A stretch of DNA of 62,886 nt, filler included, from Octopus bimaculoides (taxonomy: Eukaryota): the NCBI RefSeq assembly GCF_001194135.2. It is 3 parts of 3 records of this genome, joined end to end, with 100 filler letters (N's around TTAATTAATTAA, not from the genome) between each part and the next. Parts side by side here need not be neighbours in the genome. Positions count along the whole stretch, not along the records: positions 28,174 to 43,233 come from NC_068987.1; positions 43,334 to 62,886 come from NC_068983.1; 1 more part is not named here. One strand, given 5' to 3'. Both the position numbers and the translations under genes were made by a program. Below are positions 36,860 through 51,399 of the stretch, piece after piece. Positions within the stretch are counted from its first letter, which is position 1. Each line of letters starts with the position of its first letter. The notes beneath the pieces are model-generated. The model did no database searches. It worked only from the letters and a program-made list of their open reading frames with translations, and had not been told where the DNA came from.

Positions 36860-39800
36860 GCTTCCCTGGCTCATTTTGTGAGGCAGCAGTAGTGGTGGTG
36901 ATAGTCCTAGTTGTGGTTGTATTGAAGTAGGGGTGATGAAAGTGATAATGATAGTGATGGAGATGATGGTGGTTTTCAGAGCGGAGGGAGTTGATTAGAG
37001 TTATGGCAACGTCGGTTGCGATATCTGGCGGTGGCATTGGCGAATATAGTGGTTGTGGTTGTAGTGGCAGCGGCGGCGGCGGCAGCGGTGGTGGTGGAAT
37101 TGATAGTATTGGTGGTAGTGATTGTGGTAGTGGTAGTAATAACGATGTTGCAAATGGTGATGTTGCTAACGGCCGTGTTGACTGTTGATTCAATGATGGT
37201 GGGGTGGTGGTGGTTGTGGCGGTGGCGTTGGTAGTGGACAATAGTACTAATAGTGGTGATGCTAATGGTAGAGTGGTGCCACTACGATAATGATAATGAC
37301 GATACTATGATCACGTGGGCGTTGAGAGGTTTATTCTTGCTGATGGTGTCGCGGCGGTAACAGTGGTAGCAGCGGCACTAGTGATGGTGGTGGTGTTGGT
37401 GGTGGTGGTAGTAATGGTGCAGGCTGGTGGTGACAGTGATGGGGCTATAATACTGATGGTGTTGATGATAGTAGTGTTCGTTAATAGTGGTGGTGGCAGT
37501 GGTTGCTGTGGATGTGAGAGTGGTCATAATAATATGAAACAATGGTGGTGGTGGTGGTAACAGCAGCATCAGTGATGGTGCTAAGAGCAGTGGTGGTGGA
37601 AAGAAAAGAAACAGAAGTTAAAGCCCGACAGGGCGTCGTTAGAGTAAGGGAGGTGAGAGTGGAGACAGTTATAGTGGTGGTGGTGGTGTTGGTGGTGGAG
37701 ATGGCTGTGGATGTTGTGGAAGCGCTGGTAGGTAAAGTTAATTATGATGATAAAGATGGCAGCGGTAAATGTTGTAGTTGTTGTTGTTGCTGTAGGTGAT
37801 GTTGGCGTTGACGGTGGTGGTTCTCGTATTTGTGACATAATGTTGGGCGAGGGGGTGGATGATAGTAATGGTGTTAATGCCGGAAGATATGGTTGCGAGT
37901 GGTGACGGCGAAGACGGTGGTGGGGGTAGCAGTGCAGGTGTTGGAGGTTATTGTGACGATGGTGGTGATGGCGACGATAGTGATAACGATGGTGGAGGTG
38001 GCTATGGCGGTGGCGACCGTGATTATGGTGGCGAGATGGTGATAGTGATGTTGATGGTGGTGGCGATGGTAGAACTGGCGATGGTGGAGGTGGAGATGGT
38101 GGTAGCACGGTTGCTACAGCTACTGCTACTGCTGTTGCTGCTGCTGTTGCTGCTGCTGTTGCTGCTGCTGTCACCGCCGTTACTGTTTTGTTTGGTGAAG
38201 GTGATGATTATGATAGGAGAATGAAGCGTTGACGCTGGAGGTGATAGTGTGAGTAGGAGTGATGTGTTGACTTATGTGCTNNNNNNNNNNNNNNNNNNNN
38301 NNNNNNNNNNNNNNNNNNNNNNNNNNNNNNNNNNNNNNNNNNNNNNNNNNNNNNNNNNNNNNNNNNNNNNNNNNNNNNNNNNNNNNNNNNNNNNNNNNNN
38401 NNNNNNNNNNNNNNNNNNNNNNNNNNNNNNNNNNNNNNNNNNNNNNNNNNNNNNNNNNNNNNNNNNNNNNNNNNNNNNNNNNNNNNNNNNNNNNNNNNNN
38501 NNNNNNNNNNNNNNNNNNNNNNNNNNNNNNNNNNNNNNNNNNNNNNNNNNNNNNNNNNNNNNNNNNNNNNNNNNNNNNNNNNNNNNNNNNNNNNNNNNNN
38601 NNNNNNNNNNNNNNNNNNNNNNNNNNNNNNNNNNNNNNNNNNNNNNNNNNNNNNNNNNNNNNNNNNNNNNNNNNNNNNNNNNNNNNNNNNNNNNNNNNNN
38701 NNNNNNNNNNNNNNNNNNNNNNNNNNNNNNNNNNNNNNNNNNNNNNNNNNNNNNNNNNNNNNNNNNNNNNNNNNNNNNNNNNNNNNNNNNNNNNNNNNNN
38801 NNNNNNNNNNNNNNNNNNNNNGTAGTGTCGGTTATTGTAATGATGGTGGTATTGTGTGGACTTTCGTCATGTTTGATGTGATAGTGGAAGTGATGAAGGG
38901 GTGGCAGCGGTGGCGATGGCGATAATGAATGATGCTGGTATTGGAGTTAGTTGTTTTTGGCTATGGCCTTGGTAGTGGTTGTGGCGGTAGCACAGCAATG
39001 CTGGTGTTGGTGACGGTGGTGACGGTGGTGAGAGTGGTTGGCGTTTCGTTGACTTTACTCATTGTTGATACAATAGTGGCAGTGACCATGTTGGTGGTGG
39101 TGGTGGTTTGTGGCGATATTAATTGTGGTGCAGGTTGTAGTCGTGATAGTGGTAGTAGTGATAGTGATAGTGATAGTGATAGCGATGCTGATCTTGGTGA
39201 TGTTAATGATGATGGTGGGTTTAACTTTGGTGATGTTTGTTGTGATGGTAGTGCTGATAATGGCGGCGGCAAAACTAGCCGCGGTTGTTGTAGTCTTGGC
39301 TAAAGTGGTAACATTATAAGTGGTGGTGGCAGCGGCGTGAGGGATTGTAACGATATTCAAGATAATAGAGTGATGGTGGTAGAGTTCTTGTTGTTGGTGT
39401 TGTTGTTGTTGGTGGTGGTGGTGGTGAGGGTAGTGGTAGTGTTGGTTTTTATGGTGTTTACGTATATAGTAATAATAACTGCGCTGGTGTTGGTTATATC
39501 TATGACTATTGTAATTGTGGTAGTGATGGTAGTGATGGTGGTGGTGGTGGAAGCAGTGATGGAAATGGTGGTGGTGGTGGTGGTGGTACTGTATTATTAC
39601 TGGTGGTGAGGATGGTAATGGCGCCAACATTGATGGTGGTGTTGATGATGGTAATCATAGTGATAGTTCTGATTGTTGTGGTGGAGGTAATATGCAGCTA
39701 GAGGTGGTGGTTATCAGTGGTGGTGGTGGTGGTGGTGGTGGTGATGGTTGCGGCGATAGTAGTAGCAATAGTAGTGGAGGTTGCTGTGGTTGTGGGAATG

Positions 39801-40270
39801 ATGGTGGCGGTGGTAATGGTGATGGTGGTGATGGTGGTAGTGGTGGGTATGATTACTATTGGCAACAATGATTGATGACGGTGGTCCGTGGTGTGGTAAC
39901 GTTGTTGTTGTAGCTCTTGTTCTTATTGTTGTACTGCGTCTTCACTTTCTTCAGCCTTTTCTTCTTTCTCCATTTTTTTCTTAATCTTGTTATTGCTATT
40001 TAGCCCGCGGGTTTGCAATGCTCGAGCAGATCTTATGATCAAAGACGTTCCAGATATGAACATCTCTCCTTTTAAGAAGTGGTGGTGGTGGTGGAGCTGG
40101 TGATTTTGATTGCGGTGTTATTGGCCGTTGGTGGTGTGGTGGTGGGGGCCGATGGCTGTGGAAGTGGCGGTGGGAATCATGGTGATGATGTCATCAACGA
40201 TAGTGCCAAGAAATTCGGTAAGAGCGATGAGAGTGGTGACAACAGCAACGTTGTCAAAGACATTTATGTG
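36860..40270. repeat. Degenerate GGT/GAT/GGC trinucleotide low-complexity tract
   Basis: G/T-rich triplet periodicity; ORFs are poly-V/G/T/P/H. Confidence 0.9.
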
Positions 40271-41669
40271 TGAAGAGACAAAAACAAATAGATAACGTGA
40301 AAAAAAAAAGAAAAAGAAAGAAATTCTACGAAGCATAGTAGAAAAAAATGTCTCGAATAATAATGAGAATATATGACAAAAGAGAATGAAATTCTAACGA
40401 GAAATTGTTGTTACGATCGGTAGGTTGGCAGAAGTGTTAGCGCGTCGGACAAAATGCCTTGCGGTATTTAGTTACGGCCCTTTCCGTTCTTAGTTCAAAT
40501 ACCGCCTAAGTTGATTTCGTCTGTTATTCTTGCGGGGTCGACAAAATAAAATACTAATCAAGTACTAGGGTCAATTTAATTGACTAACTCCAACCGCTAA
40601 ATTTGTGACCTTGTGCTTAAGTTAGGCCGAGGTGAACAAGGCCTTAACTTCTTTCGCGATCGATAAAATAAAGTATGTGCCAAGAACTGGGGTTGATGTA
40701 ATCCATTGATCCCTCCCCATGAATTTGATTCGTTGTTCCTAAACTAGAAATAATTATCAAGGAGAAGAAAATGCCTTCCTGTAGTTGTTCCGTCCCTTTA
40801 CTTTTTCAGTTCAAAACCCGCTGAGTCACATTTAGGGCTCAGATACTGGAGTTGATGTAATCAAGTAGCCCCTTCCTCTCAAAATTTCTTTTCATAATAC
40901 TGAAATAACTTCGTGTATATGACAGACTCACACTGTCGTGCATGTTAATGGACTTACTCTTGGCTAAAATGAGATACATACAATCTGGTTGCTTATTTAT
41001 TCCAGGCCACCAAACATTCTATCGTCAATGTATTCGACATATTACATGTTTCAGGTGGCATCTGGTGGGAAGGTCTTGAAATATTCAGTATTAGGTTTGG
41101 GTTCTGCGCTTCTCAGCCAATGTGGTTCTCGTTGATTATCGCCACCCAAATCAGTTTTTTTTTTCTTTTTTCAGGTATTATTCATGTGAACACTTTTCTT
41201 ACCGTCGTCTTTTCTTTTTTGCTTTAAATTTATTTTTACAATTCATACTATTCTTTTTTCTTTTCTCCTGCAACTCTATGCTACTTCAACATCTGTTTTG
41301 TATTTCTTCCCGTTCTTGGTGACAGAAAATTGTTTTTTCTCATTTTATTTGTTTTGGTGATATTCTAAAAGTTTTCTGGTTTCATAAATTCTCTATNNNN
41401 NNNNNNCGTTACTGGACAGTTCAAAATATTATAACTTACTGCTAAAGCATGCGGCTTATTAATGTATATTGCCTTATTTTTGCATTTAGCTTTGTTTTAA
41501 TCAAAGAATTCAACAATATTTCATTCAAACATTTCTTCACTTCTATGCCATGTTTCGTTCATTGTTACTTAAGTAGTTTGACAATGTGATTACAGTAATT
41601 CTCATTATTTATATAGTATAGTATTAGTATTCTTTCTTTATTCCTTTTCAAAGTTGTCGTACCACATTT

Positions 41670-41740
41670 TTCTAATCAGTTCGTTTAGAGAATCTGTGTA
41701 CTGTCTGCAGCAGTGTTTCTAGTTGGTTATCTTCTGCAGC
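41670..41740 (-). mobile_element. Short R4/Dong-like RT remnant
   Basis: LELFAAEDNQLETLLQTVHRFSK resembles the segment following YMDD in this clade. Confidence 0.5.
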
Positions 41741-43202
41741 GAACAACTCGAGGCCCACGATATACAAAATGTGGTCGATTGTCCTCACATAGTAATTTTA
41801 TTTGAATCCAGTCAACTTTAAGACGTTAGTTAAAGCTTTTAGCGTCAGACAGAAAAAGAGTAATGAGAGGGGGTCTTCTTTGAATAATCTGCTTCAATGA
41901 AGATAGGGGGCTCATTATTCCCCGCAGAATGGTTTGTCATTTACTCATGACGTGTTTAATGTATCTGCTTATTCATTCGTTTATTCATGGCTAATTCTCC
42001 TAGGATCCACACTTACAGAACATTATTAACAGCCTTCTGGAAGTCATTCTATGCTTAGCTTAGACACTTCTTTCTCTTTCTCGTTCTGCTGTCTTTGGTT
42101 ATGGATTGTAGATCAGTAATGACTCTTTACAACCATATAAGCCTTTTAGCATCTCTTCTATAAACAAGGTGGATCATTATATATATGTATCCTTTGTGAC
42201 ACTTTAGCAATTATGTATTTACAGAATGTAAGAATGCTGGTTACCAGACTACAGGTTTTGGGATGTTTTGTTTCCTTTTAGCATTGGAAAATATGCACTG
42301 TGATTTTGCCGAATTGTGGGGATAGTAGACGAAAAACTTTTCAATTTTCACCTTAACTACTTTTTCTGTTCTACGTTCAAATGCATACAAGATCGACTTT
42401 ACTTCTCATCCATGCATTTGTAATATTAAGACCAGATGAGATAACTGATTGAGAGCTCAGCCGCAAATGTGAAGCCTTAATTGCACGTCAAAAAATATCA
42501 CTTTTCTCATAGTCTAGTGGTTAGTTATCTTGGTCTTCACTCAGCAGGCGCAATAAGAAATCATAAAATGGTAAGGGATTGGCAAAATTGGTACAATGAC
42601 AGACAAAATGCAATGCTTTATTTAGTTCTCAGTTAAAATTTCGTCAAAGTCAAACATTGAATTTCATGCATCGTACAATGTGCATCAGTGACGTATATTG
42701 TTCGACATAATCGATTCAGCTTCCCCATGAAAAGTATGGGGATGGAAAACCTTATTATTATTACCATTATTTTGTTTCATAATTGCCATTGTCAATACTG
42801 CAGCAATTGTTGTTGCTGAAACTTGTGGTCAATCAAGTCTAGGAGATATAGGGACAAATACAAAAGGTGTTACTTTTTGTCTAGACTCACATTTTTCTGC
42901 TCCAACAATTATACAAACGATTTTTTTTTTTAATGGGAAAAATTAGCAGCGAAATCAAAAGAAACGTTTCACATGCTAGCCCGGAAGAAAAGAAAATTAT
43001 TATTCGCAGTTGATGCTTCAACATAATGCTACTAAGGCAGCGACATACCGAGTTATCATTCCAGCATAGATGAAGAACTATGCAAAACATGGATCGCATT
43101 GTGCAGGTGTGCGTCTATGTAGAAGTGTGTAGCAGGTTTTGAGAGAGGGTGAGTGAATGCATATGTGTGTGTATATACGTACATACATATATATATATAT
43201 GT

Positions 43203-43233
<31 letters not shown>

Positions 43234-43333
43234 NNNNNNNNNNNNNNNNNNNNNNNNNNNNNNNNNNNNNNNNNNNNTTAATTAATTAANNNNNNNNNNN
43301 NNNNNNNNNNNNNNNNNNNNNNNNNNNNNNNNN
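43234..43333. other. Artificial scaffold-join spacer
   Basis: Identical to 28074-28173. Confidence 0.9.
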
Positions 43334-44139
43334 CCCCTCCGTCGAAATTGCTGGCGTCGCGCCAAAATTTGAATTCAGTATTCAGGCGGAGACGTGTCAG
43401 TATGGCTGAGAAGCATGCTTCCCAACCACGTGGTCTTGAGTTCAGTCGCGGGCCAACCAGAACCTTGTGAGTGGATTTGATAGACGGAAACTGAAAGAAA
43501 CCCGTCGTGTGTGTGTGTGTATGTGTGTGTGTGTGTGTGTGTGCGTGTGTGTGTGCTTTTGCGTTTATCCTTACCACTGTTTGACATGTTTAGAGGCTCG
43601 GTAAAAGAAAACGAGAGAAGTGGCAGATTTAAGAAAATAAGTAGTAGAATCGATTTGTTTGACAAAAACTCTTCAAAGACTGGAACAAATAAAAGACAAA
43701 AGATAAAGCATACGATCCAGAGTTACTTTACCGATGTTTTCTTTTTAGTTTATAGGAAAGTTGGTTATACATCATTAGATGTATACCTGACTTACCTATA
43801 TAAAATTAAGATATAAACGGAACGCTGAACTCCAGACTATCAACTTAAACAACATTTATTTAGGTGGTAAATTTCTACATCTTTAGCTCTTGTTTGTTGT
43901 TACAGCTTCTGTGTGTGTGAGCATTGTTGTTGGGACGTTTGTTATGTAGATGTAAGCGAGCTGTCGAGCGTAAGTCCGAAAGATGGAGAGTGACAGCTAA
44001 ACACGTCCATGCTTTATTGCTGGCCAGCAAGAAAGAGACTGTCTCCAGAGTTGGAATGTTGGAGACACTGCTTGACACGTCCATGCTCATGGCCGGCCGA
44101 CCGAGAAAAAGATAGAATAGAAGCGGGAACGCTTGGTTA

Positions 44140-44190
44140 TTTAATTCCACGCATGCGTGAGACTACGCATGCGCACGGCGTTACTACAAG
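44140..44190. promoter_or_regulatory. Possible promoter: paired CGCATGCG (NRF1/EWG-like) motifs in a CpG-rich patch
   Basis: ACGCATGCGT at 44149-44158 and ACGCATGCGCA at 44165-44175. Confidence 0.35.
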
Positions 44191-44480
44191 TTTGTTACCN
44201 NNNNNNNNNGTAATTTAGCAATTCAGCAAAAGAGAATGATAGAATAAGTACTAGGCTTACAAAAAAAAAAAAATCCTGGGTCGATTTGTTCGACTAGAAG
44301 GCGATGCTCCAGCATGGCCGCAGTCAACTAACTAAAACAAGTAAAAGAGTAAAAAAGATATATAATAGGTTGGCAAGAAAGTAATTTCGTTTTTCGCAGA
44401 GAGATTTTTTTGAATGACTTTTGTCAATGTTATGATTTTTTCCTTATGACATTTGATAGTAAAGAACAAATCAAGTTTCG

Positions 44481-44718
44481 ATTAGGGAGCAAATATTTAA
44501 GAAAAAGTGGAAGTGGATTGGTAGCACAATTAGAAAAGACACACCAAATGTAGCAAAAAGGTCTTTACAGTGGAATTCGGATGGATACAGAAAGAAAGGT
44601 AGGCCTAAGAACTCGTGGCGTAGATCAACACAAAAGGAACTAGAGAAAGGGGGACATTCATGGCAGAGTACAGAAGCGAAAAATTATGCGACATGGAATT
44701 CAATTATAAGTGGCCTAG
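44481..44718 (+). mobile_element. RTE-clade LINE 3' fragment
   Basis: KKKWKWIGSTIRK..AKRSLQWNSDGYRKKGRPKNSWRR. Confidence 0.8.
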
Positions 44719-46959
44719 GCATGTATATATATATACAATTTAGAGAATAAGAGTTGTTTCCCTTGGGAATGAACTTTTTTTTTTATTTTAAACAATTTTA
44801 GCGCATAAGCAATGTTAGACGAAGGCATAAGGTCAGGCGTCCTTTAAGAAAGAGTTGTTCATTGTAGACATCTAATCCTTTAATAGAACGTTATTTCGTC
44901 AACCTCAGAATGAGGAAAATCCTATAAAGGTAATATGAATTTCAAATTTTGGCACAAGGCCAGCAATTTCTGGGGAGGGGATAAGTCGATGACATTGACC
45001 CCAGAGTTCAACTGATACGAAAGAATGAAAGGCAAGGTCGACCGCAACAGAATTTGAACTTAGAACGTAAAGATGGGCGAAATACTGCTAAGTATTTTGC
45101 CAGGCATGCTAACGATTCTGGCGGCTTGCCACCCTCAGTAAAATTAATATCAGTTTTATCTGAATGTAAAGGGGAATAACTCAATGATATCCCAGCAATT
45201 TATTGTCTTCTTTCTAGAGCTTGTCATTCACTGTCGCTGCACAAAGACACATTGACCAAAGCAAGCCGAAGACATCTTGTAAACAAATGCACTCTTTAAG
45301 TATTATTTCACTTCGTTGGTGTTATAAGAATGTTTTCGGATGTAAGTGTGATTCGCAGTCAGAACGGGAAGGATCGTAAGAAAAATACCGATTCCGTGTG
45401 TGTACACGCGCGCGCAACACACATACCTACACACGCATACATACATACACGCACACGCACACGTACACACACACATGCGTGTTTGTATCTATCTATCTAT
45501 CTATCTTAGATATTTGTGTGCGTGTGTGCATGTGTGTATGTAAACACACACACTCTCTCTCTCCCATATGCATACACATAATCCATGTATGTATGTATGT
45601 ATGCATGTATGTATGTGTGTGTGTGTGTAAATATAGGGAAAACTGCCTGGTTTCTCCCTCTCTTTCTCTCTCTCTCTTTCTCTACACACACACACACAAA
45701 CACACAACCACACACACATATATCTTTTATCTGTTACTTATCTCAGTCATTGACTGCGGTCATGCTGACCTTATACATGCACACATACATACATACATAC
45801 ATACATACATACGTTCGTACGTGCGCGCGCGCGCGTATATATATATATATATATATATATTAATGTTCAGTTTTATTAAAAGCAATTTTACGCAAATCTT
45901 ATGTGTTTCTCTATACATTTTTAGAGTACAAATTTATTATTCTTATACAAGAATGTTGTAGACAGTGACTTCAAAGATTTGATCAGCTAAGCTATCATTG
46001 GACTGAGTTGCATTTCAGATAGTCTTTCTTTTATATAGTGTCTGTTGAATTAAAATCATCTTTGGTTGATTTTGAGTGGGATGGTAATTTGGTCTTTATG
46101 GCAGGTTGTTATGAAAGTGTGCTTTGGAAAATTTTTTACTGATTTAATTTGGGGTTATATTACTGTTTAGAATTTATTCATGCATGTAGAACTTTATAAA
46201 CAAGCCTGTAGGTGTTTCTCTTTTGTTAGGTAGACACAAGGTGTGACAGTATTTTTGTTGCTTTTGGTATTATTGGGTTTAATCCTTTTCCTTTGACAAT
46301 GTAAAAGTCAAAGGTACAAAGACTGTTCACACCCTTAGTAATTGGGTGTGCCAACCTTTTTTCATAAAAGATGTAGGTAGGTCCTAAGTTTCGGCTGGTC
46401 ATTTCTTTTACTTTAAGGCATTAAGGGCATTTCATGTTTTCATTTGTAAGGTCGGGGTTATTAGTCAAGGCATGTCATGGTTCTGGTAGTATAGAAAATT
46501 GTTTCTCTTGTGCTTTGATGTTCACAGAAGTATTTGAGTAAAGGTTGTGTTTATATGTTTCTCCCTAGGTGTTCATTGTTCAATAAGTAATCTGACTAGT
46601 ATATAGGAATTTTAAACTTCCTGTTTTGCGGAATTAGAGTTTATTTGGTGTTTGTTTGTAAAATTTCTTCAAATTATGTTATAGATAAATTCTGTTATAT
46701 ATATATATATATGCTAAAGTGGAGCAAATATAAAAGCTATGTGTATATTCATGTATAAAAATGTGAACAAAAATATAATATAATTTAATTAAAATAAATA
46801 GATAACTAAATAAAATAAAATCTCGGCAGAGATAAGCGACATTGTGGATTTTTATATATTAGAAAAATTACACAACAAATTTCCATCCGTCACAGGTGGC
46901 CCATAGATGGACTACTCCTACTAAGAAAATACAATCCACAAAAACCTGATTAGTTTGGA

Positions 46960-47960
46960 AGGATTTACATCACTTCTTCAAAAATTTGCTCTTCTCAATC
47001 AACTCAAGTTAATCAACTTCCTAGATGTTACTCTGGACCTGGAATCAAGATCGAAAAACCATACAAGAAAACTAACGAAAAACTTCAGTATATACATAAA
47101 CAATCCAACCTCCCCAAAAAGCATTATCAAAAGCCCAGTAAAAAACATGTCTTTCAGACTTTCCTCTTTGTCTTCAAATGAAAAGATACTAAACGAAATA
47201 GCAAATCCATATAACAAAGATGTCAATAACAGTGGTTACAAAGGAAAAGTGCAATATATAAACAACAATCCTCTCACAATAAATAAAATACACAAGAATA
47301 GAAAAAGGAAATTATCAGGTAACCCCTCCCCCACTTCAACATATAAGTCTCCACACCAATAGCTAAATTATTTTTCAAAATAATGCAGAAACACTTCCAC
47401 TCCAACTACAAGTATTACAAGCTGATAAACAAATTCAACGTAAACTTGTCATACTATACTACCAACAACTTTGAAAAAACTGTAGCCAACTACAATCCCC
47501 AAAAGTTGTCTAAAATTGAGAATCTAAATCACATACACAATAACACTTGCAATTATAGAACACGTTCATCCTGCCCTTTAGAAGGCAACTGTCTCTGAAA
47601 AATATCGCTATGGTAATCACAAACATGGCACCAACTACTATATCTACATACATAGGATCTGCAGCAAACCAGTTCAAGACACGATACAACCAACACACGC
47701 AGACCTTTCGCAACTCAAACAGGAAAAATAATACGTCACTATCCAACATATATGGCAACTGAAATAAAATGAAAAGCACTTAGTTTAGCATCAACTAGAA
47801 AATATTCTTACACGCACAACCATACCGAGATAATAACAAACCCTTCAAATTTAGCACAAAGGAATCCTATCACATTCTAACATTCATGGACCAAATCCTG
47901 AACTGAAACTCCGAACTAATCTCTTCATGCAAGCACAAAATCTTGTAAACACTAAAATAC
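46960..47960 (+). mobile_element. Penelope-like element fragment (RT C-terminus and GIY-YIG endonuclease), decayed
   Basis: INFLDVTLDL, SIIKSPVKNMSFRLSSLSSNE, CNYRTRSSCPLEGNCL, TYIGS..QFKTRYNQH, ELISSCKHK. Confidence 0.8.
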
Positions 47961-49539
47961 TTCAAACCAACAACCTTTTCTCGCGACTAAAATTGTTAAT
48001 ATCTCACCAACTCCCTTCCATCCACTTACACAATAAACCATTCCAATACATACATACATACATACATACATATAGATATAGATATAGTCGTTTTAGCGTT
48101 TGCTAGAATGCTTTGCGGTATATAATCCGAGTATATACCATCTGAGTTCAAATAACGCCGAAGTCAACTTTGCCTTTTGTCCTCTCGGGCTCAAAAAAAA
48201 GTTCTAATCAGAGACTGTTATGTGACAGAACTGAAAGAAAATCGAACCAAATTCTTTGCAATGTTAGTTGTCGGTTCTTTATATTGCGATTCCAAATCAC
48301 GCCATGACTTACTTGAACGGGAAATTTAATGTTATCTTTTACATCTTTCAATCACAAGAATACAGCTATGCTAGGGAACCACCTTGACGGGTTTAGTTGA
48401 GCATATCGGCTCCAGTGCTTATTTTTTATGTCTAGTTTCTTATTTGATCGGTCTCTTTTTTTTGCCGAATTGCTAAGTTACAGGGACGTAAAGAAACAAA
48501 TGCCAGTTGTCAACCGGTTGTTGGGACCGAATATTTTCACAAAGACACCCCCCACACACACACACATACGTGTATGCGACGGGTTTATTTCAGTTTCTTA
48601 CAAGTCTTTAGTCGGTCCAAGGCTATAGTATGTCCAAGCTGCCATGTAATGGAACTGAACCTGGAATTATGCGGTTGGAAAGCAAACTTCTTGCCACACA
48701 ACCATGCCCGCTTAGTTTAATACCATCATCTGGCACCTCATGTACCTTTAGAAGAATCCATACTGTCCTAAGAATTTGAGTCAGATCTTCGGTTTAATAA
48801 CTTCCTCTCTCTCTCACGATCAAACTAGGAAACCCTGTAAATGGTTACGGATACCGTCTTCTCTCCTGCTCCTGACTAAAAGAGGAAGAAAAACCATCAA
48901 AAAACAAAAGTAGCAGAAGGACGAGATGCATTAAGGAAATGTCCTGTACGTGGATGTTTTCTAAAGTAGCTACTAAATCTTACTCAAACCCTAACTCTAA
49001 CCCTTAACGTCTTTGAGAAAAAAGAAAACATTAAATAAAGTCGTCTTGGAAGCACACAAGCTGAAAAAAAATAATAAACAAACAAAAACCATGCTCACGA
49101 CCTGAACTTCTCTGATCATGAGTCAACTCAATGAACGTTGATTTTAGGTCAGGTAATCAGAGAAAAAGAGAGAAAGAAACACGTTTCAAAATGATTTCGT
49201 ATCATGTATTGATCTGTTGCTAAATGTCACGATTTCAATATTTCAGTTATACAGTGAATGAGAACGTGTCAAGTAAGGTTTATTTTCAGCATCGTTTAGT
49301 TTTATCTACTCAACTGAACAACTGAAGTGACATGAAGAGAAAGGTCAAGAGATCACACCAACAAAGTCCGAGAGATAGCGCAGGAATTAGAGATTCTACA
49401 TCGCATATTTAATATTATTATATTATTTTTTGGTATTCAATTCTGTGTATTCTCTTTACTTCATGTTCTTTACACACACATTTTCACATCTACCTATCAG
49501 CTAGGTAGCTAACTACGAATCTCGTCATCAACACATCAT

Positions 49540-49830
49540 CATCACCACTTCTTCCCATGTTTTCTTCAGTCTTCTCCCGAAAGTTTCTTTTCTTTGTATC
49601 GCTTATGACTTCCTTTACTGATCTGTCATCCTCCATACGCATCATATGTTTGTACCAAAGCAGTCATCTCTCTATTGCACACGGCATCTGATTCCTATAT
49701 TTAGCTTGTCTCTCAGATTATTCGTCTTACGTCTTTCATTTACGTAAGACAAGGCATTCTTGCCTCATTTATTTACATCTCACCATATCCTCAGCATTTA
49801 ATGCCCATGTTTCACTCATCTCAAAATGCC
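49540..49830 (-). mobile_element. Decayed RTE-like LINE 3' fragment
   Basis: SETWAL...LWYKHMMRMEDD...GRRLKKTWE remnants. Confidence 0.55.
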
Positions 49831-50006
49831 CTCCAGCGGAATTGGTGAAGGCTTTTCTAGCTTCTTGGCTATCACCAGCACCGTGTACTGCATGATGCTA
49901 ATTTATTGTGTGGAAACGAATATATCCAGAGTTATTTCGGGATTGTTTTTCTTGCTTTACACTGTGCTGATGATAACCAAGACACTAGAAATGCATTTAC
50001 CGCTCT

Positions 50007-50093
<87 letters not shown>

Positions 50094-50369
50094 GAGAGAG
50101 GGAGAAAGAGAGAGAGAGAGAGAGAGAGGTGCCTTGAGATGACTGTTGGTGATTTTCAATAACTATTGCTTAAAGCAAGGAATATTCCCAATGGCAAATA
50201 GTAGTGAATGCGGCTTTTCGACAGCACCAAAATGTCCCAAACATGTTTAAACTGATCTAAACGTTTGTTTACTCGCAATATTGCTTTCGCGCACTAGATG
50301 GTCATTGTGACTGAAGTAAATATAAATGCACCACACAGTTAATCATAGTGAAAACCACTTGCACGCACA

Positions 50370-51072
<703 letters not shown>

Positions 51073-51399
51073 ATATGTATGCATGGTGATTATAGTTTTC
51101 CAATTGTTTTACAACACCGAGAAACAATGTTTTAGTTAAGTAAGAATAGTTTTTAAATTGTTAAAATGTATCCGTTTCTGTAAGGGCTAAATTATAGATT
51201 TCATCCTGAAATTACTGATGGCACTTAATTTCCGTAAGCGCGAAATCCCACAACACGAGGTAATCGTAACTTGGGAAATACTTGTACATATATTAGGGTA
51301 AACATTCGTGTGCTGGGAGTGTCATTGTACATCCAAATGTAGATCTAGGAGTTGGTGTCCCAAAAGGTGGTGAAGCAGCTCTGTAGGAGTTACGTTCCA

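Noticed and set aside
36732-40336. Gly/Val/Thr/Pro/His-rich ORFs as structural proteins
   Set aside because: They overlap in several frames on both strands of a trinucleotide tract, with frequent stops and no domain, signal peptide or splice structure.
34370-44190. Joining the 44.1-kb promoter-like patch to the 34.5-kb exon-like patch as one minus-strand gene
   Set aside because: They are separated by the artificial scaffold linker at 43234-43333.
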